Below, piece after piece: positions 36,069 through 44,187 of a stretch of 58,824 nt of DNA; the stretch's first letter is position 1; each line of letters begins with the position of its first letter. Under the pieces are notes generated by a model, which saw only the letters and a list, made by a program, of their open reading frames with translations, did no database searches and was not told where the DNA came from. The DNA is from Gemmatimonadota bacterium (GTDB lineage Bacteria > Gemmatimonadota > Gemmatimonadetes > Gemmatimonadales > GWC2-71-9), in NCBI GenBank assembly GCA_039588335.1, contig JBDGZZ010000005.1:1-58824 (forward strand), in the 5' to 3' direction. Position numbers and translations under genes: made by a program.

Positions 36069-38471
36069 TCAGTTCCGCAGGGGCTTGCCGGTCTTGAGAA
36101 TCGCCTGCATACGCTCCAGGCTCTTCCTCTCACCGCACAGTCTCAGGAAGCTCTCACGCTCCAAGTCCAGCAGGTGTTGTTCGGAAACCGTCGTCGGTGC
36201 AGGCACATCGCCACCACTCAGGATGCGACCTAGCTCTCTTCCGATCTTACGGTCGTGTTCCGAGATGTACCCTGCCTCCTCCATGTTGAAGAGCACCGAC
36301 TCGACCAGCGCCAGTCCTGCTTTGCCCATCACCGGGATATCCCGTGCGGGGAGCGGCGACTCGAATCCCGCGCGAGCCATTGCCAGAGCCAGGTCCTTGG
36401 CGTCCGCCACACGGTGATCGCCGTTCATGGACCAGGTGTCCTGTGGCCGCAGAAAACTCAGACCGCGCGCCTCGTCAGCCGACGTCGCCACCTTGGCCAT
36501 GCCGATCGTCTCGAACGTCTTGCGCAGTGCCGGATAGGCGTCTGACTTGTCGACCAAAGCTGCCACGTTGCGCTTGTACAGGCGCACACAACCTCCACCT
36601 GCTGGCACCAGGCCGACGCCAAATTCCACCAATCCGATGTAGGTCTCGGCGGCGGCGCGGATCGCGTTGCCTGCCATGGTTACCTCGCAACCACCCGCCA
36701 GTGTCAATCCGTGCGGCACCGTCACTACTGGAACAGAACACTGCTCGAGTCGGTTCGTGGCCGACTGAAACTGTCGCACGATGACATCGATCTCGTCCCA
36801 GTTCCCCTCCTGCGCCTCCATCAACAACAGCATCAGGTTGGCTCCGGCGCTGAAGTTTTCTCCCTGGTTGGCCACCACCAGCGCCTGCCCCTGGGTCTCA
36901 GCCTCTTTACAAGCCGTCATGATCATCGAGATCGTGTCCTGACCGATGACGTTCATCTTCGAGTGGAACTCGAGGCAGAAGACACCGTCACCCAAGTCCA
37001 ACAGGCTCGCACCGGCGTTGCGCCGGATCTCGTCGCCCGCACCGCGGAGGATTTCGAAATCGTAGAAGCGCGGGTCGACCGGCACCTGCACCATCACGCC
37101 CGACTCGGCGGTGGGCGCCTGGAGTGAGCCGTTTTCCCTCAGGTAGACAGATTCTGCCCCGCCGTCGTACAGGTCGGTTACCCAAGCCGGCAAGTCGTAC
37201 TCGTCGGCCTTTAGACGTTCGGTGACCTTGCGGAATCCGAGGGCGTCCCACACTTCGAACGGACCCATGGTCCAGTTGAACCCCCAGCTGATCGCCCGAT
37301 CGATCGCCGACACGTCATCGCAGATCTCTCCCAAGCGCATCGCCGAGTACGAGAGCGTCGGGGCCAGCATCTTCCAGACAACCTCAGCCGCGCGGCCTTT
37401 GCCGAAAACCAATGTCCCCAGGCGCTCGACCGGATCGTCTATCGACTTGACTGCTTCTAGTTCGGGGAACGAGGCCTTGATCTTGTCGCGGTATTCGAGG
37501 GTTCCGAGGTCCAAAGTGAGGATCTCCGAGCCGGCGCCGCCTTTGACCTTCTTGTAGAAACCGGCGCCACTCTTGCGACCGAGCAGTCCTTTCTCGACCA
37601 TCTGTTCGAGGAACGCGGGAGCAGCGAACACATCGTGGCTCTCGTCTTCGGGGGCATTGCTACGAACGTTCTCGGCCACGTGCAGGAAAGTGTCCAGCCC
37701 CACCAGGTCCATCAGTCGGAATGTCGCCGTCTTGGGCCGGCCCATTGGGGGACCGGTCAGGGCATCCACCTCTTCGACGGTGAGCCCGAGTTCGTCCATC
37801 ACCCGGAGCGTCAACATTACCGCGTGGATTCCTATGCGGTTGGCGATGAAGTTGGGGGTGTCCTTGCCGGGAACGATACCCTTGCCCAACCGTTGCGTGG
37901 AGACCTCTTGTACCAAATCGAGCGCCTCTTCAGAGGTCTCCGCGATGGGAATGACCTCCAGCAGTTTCATGTAGCGCGGCGGATTGAAGAAGTGAGTGCC
38001 GAGAAACCTGGGCTTGAGAGCGTCGGGCAGTACTTCCGCCATCTGAGCCAGCGACAGGCCTGACGTGTTGCTCGAGAGGACCGCATCGGGACCGAGGTGC
38101 GGGGCGGCGGCGGCCAGGACTTTCTTCTTTATGTCCAGGTCCTCCTTGACCACCTCCACCACCCAGTCCGCCTCTCCCAGGCGAGCCATGTCGTCCTCGA
38201 GATTACCGACTTCGATCAGGTCCAGTCGCTCCGGTACGAAGAGAGGAGCCGGCTTGGCCTTGAGCATGGCCTTGACCGAATCGGCGGCGATCCGGTCGCG
38301 GACCGTCCTGTCTTTTAGAGTGAGGCCGGCCGCCTTTTCGGCCTCACTCGGTTCTCTGGGAATGATGTCCAGCACTAGAGATGGGATGCCGGCGTTGGCA
38401 AAATGAGCGGCTATGGCGCTGCCCATCACGCCGGACCCGAGGACAGCGACCTTGGAGACGTGCCTCTTCAT
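36069..38471 (-). CDS. fadN: 3-hydroxyacyl-CoA dehydrogenase / enoyl-CoA hydratase (FadN type)
   Basis: GSGVMG, SNTSGL, HFFNP and FIANRIG motifs, plus a C-terminal crotonase (FSAGANL, AGGCE, GLVE.GVG). Strong GGAGG RBS before ATG 38471. Confidence 0.95.
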   Translation of the reverse strand: MKRHVSKVAVLGSGVMGSAIAAHFANAGIPSLVLDIIPREPSEAEKAAGLTLKDRTVRDRIAADSVKAMLKAKPAPLFVPERLDLIEVGNLEDDMARLGEADWVVEVVKEDLDIKKKVLAAAAPHLGPDAVLSSNTSGLSLAQMAEVLPDALKPRFLGTHFFNPPRYMKLLEVIPIAETSEEALDLVQEVSTQRLGKGIVPGKDTPNFIANRIGIHAVMLTLRVMDELGLTVEEVDALTGPPMGRPKTATFRLMDLVGLDTFLHVAENVRSNAPEDESHDVFAAPAFLEQMVEKGLLGRKSGAGFYKKVKGGAGSEILTLDLGTLEYRDKIKASFPELEAVKSIDDPVERLGTLVFGKGRAAEVVWKMLAPTLSYSAMRLGEICDDVSAIDRAISWGFNWTMGPFEVWDALGFRKVTERLKADEYDLPAWVTDLYDGGAESVYLRENGSLQAPTAESGVMVQVPVDPRFYDFEILRGAGDEIRRNAGASLLDLGDGVFCLEFHSKMNVIGQDTISMIMTACKEAETQGQALVVANQGENFSAGANLMLLLMEAQEGNWDEIDVIVRQFQSATNRLEQCSVPVVTVPHGLTLAGGCEVTMAGNAIRAAAETYIGLVEFGVGLVPAGGGCVRLYKRNVAALVDKSDAYPALRKTFETIGMAKVATSADEARGLSFLRPQDTWSMNGDHRVADAKDLALAMARAGFESPLPARDIPVMGKAGLALVESVLFNMEEAGYISEHDRKIGRELGRILSGGDVPAPTTVSEQHLLDLERESFLRLCGERKSLERMQAILKTGKPLRN

Positions 38472-38493
38472 GGGGACCTCCCCTCCCCTAAGA

Positions 38494-38540
38494 ACTGAAT
38501 ACCTATTCAGTACGCTACCAGCAGCTTCCCAGCTTGTCAA
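38494..38540 (-). promoter_or_regulatory. fadN promoter and palindromic operator
   Basis: Minus strand TTGACA (38540-38535), 17 bp spacer, TAGCGT (38517-38512) with an upstream TG. Operator ACTGAATA-cc-TATTCAGT (38494-38511) covers the predicted start site. Confidence 0.8.
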
Positions 38541-38642
38541 CAGGGGACTTGTCCCTGAAGATACTGCAGTATACCACCATATTAGCAACAGTTGAGGGAT
38601 CGAGATGTTCCAACTACCCCAGGTTGGCCAGCAGCAGAAGAT

Positions 38643-38658
38643 ATGAGTGTATATTCAT
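38643..38658. promoter_or_regulatory. Second operator, upstream of the TetR gene
   Basis: ATGAGT-gtat-ATTCAT, the same TGAAT-N4-ATTCA layout as the first site with one mismatch. Confidence 0.65.
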
Positions 38659-38683
38659 TTACTGCCTTTTTCGATGGTTTCGC

Positions 38684-39274
38684 ATGAGCGCCAAATGGAA
38701 GGAAACCAAACGGGGGCGGATCCTCGATGCGGCCGTGCTGGAAATCGCACGGCACGGGTACTACGGCACGACTGTGTCCGCGATCGCCGGCCGCGCTGGC
38801 GTCGCCGACGGCACCATCTACCTCTACTTCAAGAGCAAGGAAGAGATTCTCGTCTCCATCTTCGAGCGCGCCATGCAGCGCTTCAACGAGGAGGCAAGCC
38901 AGATCGTTGAGGAAACCGCCGGAGCCGAAGACAAGCTGTGCCGTTTGGTGGCGTTACACCTGTCTCTCATGGGAGAAGATCGGGACTTGGCTGTCATCTT
39001 CCAGGTGGAGTTCCGCCACACGATCCATGTGTTGGAGCTGCTCTCGCGCAGCCGTATCCGCGAATACCTGGCTCTGATCGCACAGGTGGTTGAACAGGGG
39101 ACGCGGGACGGTGTCTTCAAAGCCGACGTCGACCCGCTGTTCGCTGCCAAGGTTGTGTTCGGGATCCTCGATGAGATGGCCACCGACTGGGTGTTGTCAA
39201 AGAAGAACTTCCGCCTGGCCTCTCGCGCAGACCCGGTCTGCGAATTGCTGATGGGCGGCCTACGGGCCTCTTAG
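38684..39274 (+). CDS. TetR-family regulator, FadR(YsiA)-like
   Basis: TetR HTH (IAGRAGVADGTIYLYFKSKEEIL) and C-terminal LAVIFQVEFR / FGILDEM.TDWVL. Divergent from fadNAE. Confidence 0.9.
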   Translation: MSAKWKETKRGRILDAAVLEIARHGYYGTTVSAIAGRAGVADGTIYLYFKSKEEILVSIFERAMQRFNEEASQIVEETAGAEDKLCRLVALHLSLMGEDRDLAVIFQVEFRHTIHVLELLSRSRIREYLALIAQVVEQGTRDGVFKADVDPLFAAKVVFGILDEMATDWVLSKKNFRLASRADPVCELLMGGLRAS

Positions 39275-39275
39275 A

Positions 39276-39353
39276 TCGGGCGACGCAATGTGTTCAGGGT
39301 TCGGGCGACGCAATGCATTTTGAGGTTCGGGCGACGCAATGCGTCGCCCCTAC
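39276..39353. repeat. GTAG-family REP element with two upstream half copies
   Basis: TCGGGCGACGCAATG at 39276, 39301 and 39327. The full hairpin GGGCGACGCA-A-TGCGTCGCCC (39329-39349) is followed by CTAC, which reads GTAG on the minus strand. Confidence 0.88.
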
Positions 39354-39368
39354 CGTTCTACTACCGTT

Positions 39369-41024
39369 CTACCGTTCCACACGCTGAAACCGCATGTCAT
39401 ACACCCGACCCTGACGCAAACGCAGCTCAACGACGGTGCCCGATTCGTCTCGATCGAACCGTATGAGCCCCAACTGTCCGGCGGTGAATGCGTCACTGTA
39501 CACGGGTGAAAGCCTGAAGCTGTCATCTGGCCGGCGCCGCACCTCGAGATGACCTTCTTCCACGATTATAGTGAGCGTGGTTTCGGCATCGTGGCTGTAG
39601 AACTCGCCTTCGTACGCACGCAGGTCTGCTTCACTCGGTTGGAACTCGTCCACGGGTTCATAGGTGCCGTCGTCGTACTCACCCGACCGAACCAGGATGC
39701 TCGGTCGGGGTCCATCCGCCGGCCGTACGATGAAGCGGCGATCGCCCGAGCCCACTAAGAACTCAGTCTGCGACAGGGGCACCATCGGTGCCCGCCCATC
39801 CATTCGCAGCTGGCCCTCGACCACTGCCAGCCGCATCGGATCACCCGTTTGTGTATCACGATAGAGTCCGGCCACCCGTGACAACGCCTGGGCTGGCACG
39901 TCCACTCCGTCGGCGGCAACGGGATCGTGCGCGGCGTCGCCCAGGAAAGCACGCGCGATGCGGCCACCGTTTCCACTGGTGCTGACATTCGAAGCGTTGC
40001 ACAGCATTGCTACGGACAGGCCCTGCTCGGGAAAACGCCCCAGGTAGGCTCGGTAACCCGACGTCGAACCGGTGTGTGTAACAGACGGTACGCCGGCAAA
40101 TGGACGCACGAAGAGTCCCGCCGCGTACGCGATCTGACGTCCGTCGTTGAGCCGCCCCTGGTCGACCATCATGCGGACGAACTCCGGTCCACCAAGCGTT
40201 CCGTGTGCCAGCGCCTCGTTCCAGATGAGCAGGTCTCCCACCGTCGTGAGAATGCCACCGTTCCCGTGAACGTTCTCGATCGGTCGCATGATGGAGACAG
40301 TCTCACCTCTTACCGCATAGGCCGTGCTGCGCCCTTTCACGATGCGGGTGTAGTCGTCGCGCCACTGCGTGTTCTCCATGCCGAGCGGTTCGAAGATGTG
40401 TCTCTTCGAGAATTCGGCGAATGACATTCCGCTTACCCGGCCCACAATTATCGCCAGCAGGTTGTAGCCGGTGTTGCTGTAGGAATACTCGTGACCCGGT
40501 GGGAAGTTGAGCACACTCTGACGGCTCACGATGTCCAGCACGTGAGCGTGAGTGTGGGTACGGTTCTGGCGGCCCCAACCAGAAATCCCTGCGACGCTAC
40601 CCCAATCACGCAGCCCGCTCGTGTGCGTCAACATGTGACGGAGCGTGACGGTGGTACCGTAATCGGGGACCTCCGGCACGTACCTCCGGACATCGTCGTC
40701 GAGGGAGAGTTTGCCTTCGAGAGCGAGCAGCACAATTGCCGCGGCTGTGAACTGTTTCGAGACCGATCCGCCTTCGAAGATCGTGGCCGGTGTGTTCGGA
40801 ATGTTGTGCTCCAGATCGGCCATTCCGTACGCGCGGGAAAGCACTGTCAGTCCGTGCTGCACCACGCCTACTGCGCATCCCGGGCTCTCCATCGAATCCC
40901 ACTGTTCGAAGATGCGATCCACCTGGACATTGGCATCAGCCGGTACTTGACCGGCGGCAGGCATGGCTAGAACCGCGAGCAACCCGACGGGGCTGATCAG
41001 CAGCGAACGCAAGAAGTTCATCAC
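39369..41024 (-). CDS. Exported serine hydrolase, beta-lactamase class C / S12 family
   Basis: Signal peptide, then SVSK, LTHTSG, YSN and HTG motifs and extra C-terminal beta domains. Confidence 0.92.
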   Translation of the reverse strand: MMNFLRSLLISPVGLLAVLAMPAAGQVPADANVQVDRIFEQWDSMESPGCAVGVVQHGLTVLSRAYGMADLEHNIPNTPATIFEGGSVSKQFTAAAIVLLALEGKLSLDDDVRRYVPEVPDYGTTVTLRHMLTHTSGLRDWGSVAGISGWGRQNRTHTHAHVLDIVSRQSVLNFPPGHEYSYSNTGYNLLAIIVGRVSGMSFAEFSKRHIFEPLGMENTQWRDDYTRIVKGRSTAYAVRGETVSIMRPIENVHGNGGILTTVGDLLIWNEALAHGTLGGPEFVRMMVDQGRLNDGRQIAYAAGLFVRPFAGVPSVTHTGSTSGYRAYLGRFPEQGLSVAMLCNASNVSTSGNGGRIARAFLGDAAHDPVAADGVDVPAQALSRVAGLYRDTQTGDPMRLAVVEGQLRMDGRAPMVPLSQTEFLVGSGDRRFIVRPADGPRPSILVRSGEYDDGTYEPVDEFQPSEADLRAYEGEFYSHDAETTLTIIVEEGHLEVRRRPDDSFRLSPVYSDAFTAGQLGLIRFDRDESGTVVELRLRQGRVYDMRFQRVER

Positions 41025-41048
41025 GCTTACTCCTTCAATTCGATCACA

Positions 41049-41342
41049 TCACCGTTTCGTGAGTTCCGCGTATTCCGGGTGCCGCTGAATGTACGACGTC
41101 ACGAACGGGCACACAGGTACTACGCGCAAGCCTTCTTCGCGGGCCCAATCGAGCCCGGCCCGTACTAGCCGGCTTCCAATCCCTCTTCCCTCTAGAGAAC
41201 GCGGCACCCCAGTGTGCGTATACGCGACCTTGTCCTTGAAGAGCTTGTATTCTAGTACCGCCGTCTCATCTTCGATATGAACGGCGAACCGGCTAGCGTC
41301 GGACTCGTGAACGACCTCGTGGGTCTGGCTAGCGTCACTCAT
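41049..41342 (-). CDS. Small GNAT N-acetyltransferase (YjdJ-like)
   Basis: HTGVP..LEGRGIG..LV and VVPVCPFV..YI..HPEY motifs. Overlaps the S9 peptidase stop. Confidence 0.9.
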   Translation of the reverse strand: MSDASQTHEVVHESDASRFAVHIEDETAVLEYKLFKDKVAYTHTGVPRSLEGRGIGSRLVRAGLDWAREEGLRVVPVCPFVTSYIQRHPEYAELTKR

Positions 41343-44124
41343 GCTGGTGCGTTCCTCCGTTTGTTGTCGCAACGCGGCGCGCTTCGTCTTCGTGTGCATC
41401 CAGCAAAACGCCATCGGTAATCCAGGTGGCGGCAGGCTTGTCTTTCAGGTAATGACCGAACCACTCGAGGATGCGCCGGTGGTAATCGATCTGGTTCGGT
41501 TTCTGGCGGAAACCGTGGTCCTCACCTTCGTAAACAAGCAGCACCATCTGCTTGCCGGCCCGACGCGCAAAGTTGTAGAACTCGGTTCCCTGATCCCAAT
41601 CCACTACACCGTCGTCGTCGCCAAAAGCCATTAGCAACGGCGTCTCCAATTCGTGGACCTTGTGTATCGGTGAGTTGCGGTGGTGGGCTTCGGGATCCTC
41701 CCAGTACGGTACTTCCATACGGCCCTGACCGGTCTCCCAGTGCGAAGTCTCCGGCAGGCCGGGGTTCCAGTGGAACGCACCCATGAAGCTCACGAAATCG
41801 GTCAACGGTGCGCCAGCAACCGATGCGGCGAAGATGTCGGTTCGCGTCGGGAGATACGTGGCCTGATACCCGCCCCAGGAGTGGCCGATCAGTCCAACGC
41901 GTCCGCCATCTACCAGTCCCAGTTCCACAGCCCTGGCAACAGCAGGCCGGACGGCCTCGATGGCGCTGACTCCCGGATCACGCCAGCGGTACACGATGTC
42001 GGGCAACAGAACGAAGTACCCGTGTTGGGTCCAGGCGGTGAAGCTGTAGTAGTCCCGCTCGCTGGGAGCTTCGTACGCATGTATCCCGGGCGAGAGGATT
42101 TCGTACGTGTACACGATCATGGGATAGCGACGCCCGGGATCGTGGTTGGCCGGATACACCAGAGAACCTTGTAGCCGCCGTCCCGTCTCGCTCGTGTACT
42201 CGATCAACTCAGCATGACCCCAGGCAAAATCTGCCTGGAACGGGTTGGTGTTGCTGACCTGGCGCGGTGAATCCAGTCTTGGGCCCGCAACGAACAGGTC
42301 GGGTGAGTCGTCGAACGCCTCGGAACTGAACACATAGACGTCGGAACTGTCCGCTTTTTGTAGCCGCCTCACGTATTTGTCGAGGAAGATGAGACGCTCG
42401 GGTTCCCGGCCGAGTCGGAGTCGCGCATAACCACGTTGCTCGCTCCACTCGCCTCTGAGCGAAAGATAGATCGGCTCATTGGGATCGATGGTCGGAGACT
42501 CGAAGTCGAGGCGAGCGATCCGATGGATGACCTGCTCCCCGGCGCCACTCGTAACCCGTTCACCTCCGGAACCATCGGGAGCGACGCGCCATACGTCGAA
42601 CTCATCATAGAGGAACACCGCGGCGTCATCGTCGAGCCAGCCTCCGACACCGTGCGGCGGCAACTGGTCGGTGGGTGTATCGTACTCGGTGTCCGCGAAC
42701 TCTGTCGACAGCGTTTCGGTCAGGTTGGCACGATTACCCGTGCGGAGATCGAAGGTCCAATAGTCGGAACCGTCCCACCACATCAGGTAGTTGCCGTCTC
42801 CGCTCTCCCATGAGTACCGCACGCGTTCGAGCGCTTTATCCCGTTCTCCGTTTGTGAGATCAACGGTCCAAACGTCGTGATAGCGCCGGCCGAACATGGC
42901 GCCCCACGGATAGGGTTCCGCTACGTCCTCTACACCGTACCGCCACCCTTCTAGTAGCTGCGCTTGCTCCATCAGACCGGTACCAACCTGAACGGTACGA
43001 TTCCGATCCGGATCCCAAACCGCGAGCAGCGTGAGCCGAGAGTCACGCGACGCTGACGCTTTCTGCATCGGTATGGTGCGCACATCAGAGCTGTGCCAGA
43101 TCTGCACACCGGGTAACTCCACGTCCTCTTCCTTCTCCGCTACGCCAGTGGAATCGGCAGCCGCGTCAGTGGAGTCCGGCTCGGCCTCGTCGTCCGACTG
43201 TTTGGGACGCAGTCCGAAAGAGAGTCGACCGTCGTCAGACCAGCGGGGACTCCGGTGCCGCACTACCTCGAGCGTGTCGTCTATTCCTGCCTCCGCGGGA
43301 TTGAGCTCGATTCGTTGAAATGAACCGTCGAGTCCGAGCCAAGCCAGCAACCGATACTCCGTCCCCTCCTCGCTCACGGCCTCCGCCGAGCGCAGAACAG
43401 CTAGGTCGGATCCGTCTTCGCGCCACGCCAATTGCGCGTACGTCGATGATGACGCGTCCAGACTTTGCAGTCGGCCCGAAACGGCATCGTAGATCTGAAC
43501 GCCGTTGCCAACGTTACTGCCTGTAGCGAGTGCCATTGCGAGCAACGATCCTGTTTCACTCCACGAATACTCCGATACGTTCCCGAACGCGATCTCCATG
43601 CCGTTCGCCAGGTTCATGACACGGAGATCGCCACCCTTGCCTTTCGGTTCTTCAGGTGCGTAACCATGCAGCACCAGGAACTCGCCGGTCGCGTCGAACT
43701 CGAAGTCCGAGGTCGCTTCAAAATCACGTTCCGTTCCGCTCTCGAGATCCCGCAGCCCTACGCCTAGTCGCACCAGCTTCTCTTCTTTCTCGAGCTTTTC
43801 TCGCTCTTCCGGTGGAATACCCACCGTCCATGCTAGCCACCGGCTGTTGGCAGAGAACGCCGGAGCCGATCCCCACAACACGACACTCGTCGTGTCGTGG
43901 CGCAACGATCTGATGCGGAGTTCCGTTTCCTCGTTTACACGACGAATCCCGTATGCCAACCACTGCCCGTCCGGAGACAGTGACGTGCTTCCGAATGCGA
44001 ATGACTCAAACTGACCGTAGTCATCTGGACTGAGCGTTGGCCGTTCCTGGGCAACGCTGAGGCTCGCTGCAGTGGTAAGCAGCGCGACTGTCGCGTTCAA
44101 CAAGCGCATCGAGAGGCTTTTCAT
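41335..44124 (-). CDS. S9 prolyl oligopeptidase-family peptidase, exported
   Basis: Signal peptide, beta-propeller region, GHSWGG nucleophile, DDGVV Asp and EDHG His. Confidence 0.93.
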   Translation of the reverse strand: MKSLSMRLLNATVALLTTAASLSVAQERPTLSPDDYGQFESFAFGSTSLSPDGQWLAYGIRRVNEETELRIRSLRHDTTSVVLWGSAPAFSANSRWLAWTVGIPPEEREKLEKEEKLVRLGVGLRDLESGTERDFEATSDFEFDATGEFLVLHGYAPEEPKGKGGDLRVMNLANGMEIAFGNVSEYSWSETGSLLAMALATGSNVGNGVQIYDAVSGRLQSLDASSSTYAQLAWREDGSDLAVLRSAEAVSEEGTEYRLLAWLGLDGSFQRIELNPAEAGIDDTLEVVRHRSPRWSDDGRLSFGLRPKQSDDEAEPDSTDAAADSTGVAEKEEDVELPGVQIWHSSDVRTIPMQKASASRDSRLTLLAVWDPDRNRTVQVGTGLMEQAQLLEGWRYGVEDVAEPYPWGAMFGRRYHDVWTVDLTNGERDKALERVRYSWESGDGNYLMWWDGSDYWTFDLRTGNRANLTETLSTEFADTEYDTPTDQLPPHGVGGWLDDDAAVFLYDEFDVWRVAPDGSGGERVTSGAGEQVIHRIARLDFESPTIDPNEPIYLSLRGEWSEQRGYARLRLGREPERLIFLDKYVRRLQKADSSDVYVFSSEAFDDSPDLFVAGPRLDSPRQVSNTNPFQADFAWGHAELIEYTSETGRRLQGSLVYPANHDPGRRYPMIVYTYEILSPGIHAYEAPSERDYYSFTAWTQHGYFVLLPDIVYRWRDPGVSAIEAVRPAVARAVELGLVDGGRVGLIGHSWGGYQATYLPTRTDIFAASVAGAPLTDFVSFMGAFHWNPGLPETSHWETGQGRMEVPYWEDPEAHHRNSPIHKVHELETPLLMAFGDDDGVVDWDQGTEFYNFARRAGKQMVLLVYEGEDHGFRQKPNQIDYHRRILEWFGHYLKDKPAATWITDGVLLDAHEDEARRVATTNGGTHQHE

Positions 44125-44187
44125 GTCAATGTCCCTGATATGGAATCGTTTAAGTTCGTGTGAGTACAATAACATGTAGGAAGGTTA

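Noticed and set aside
39276-39353. Mini CRISPR array (three 15-bp repeats)
   Set aside because: Spacers are only 10-11 bp, the repeat is half of a GTAG REP palindrome, and no cas genes are present.
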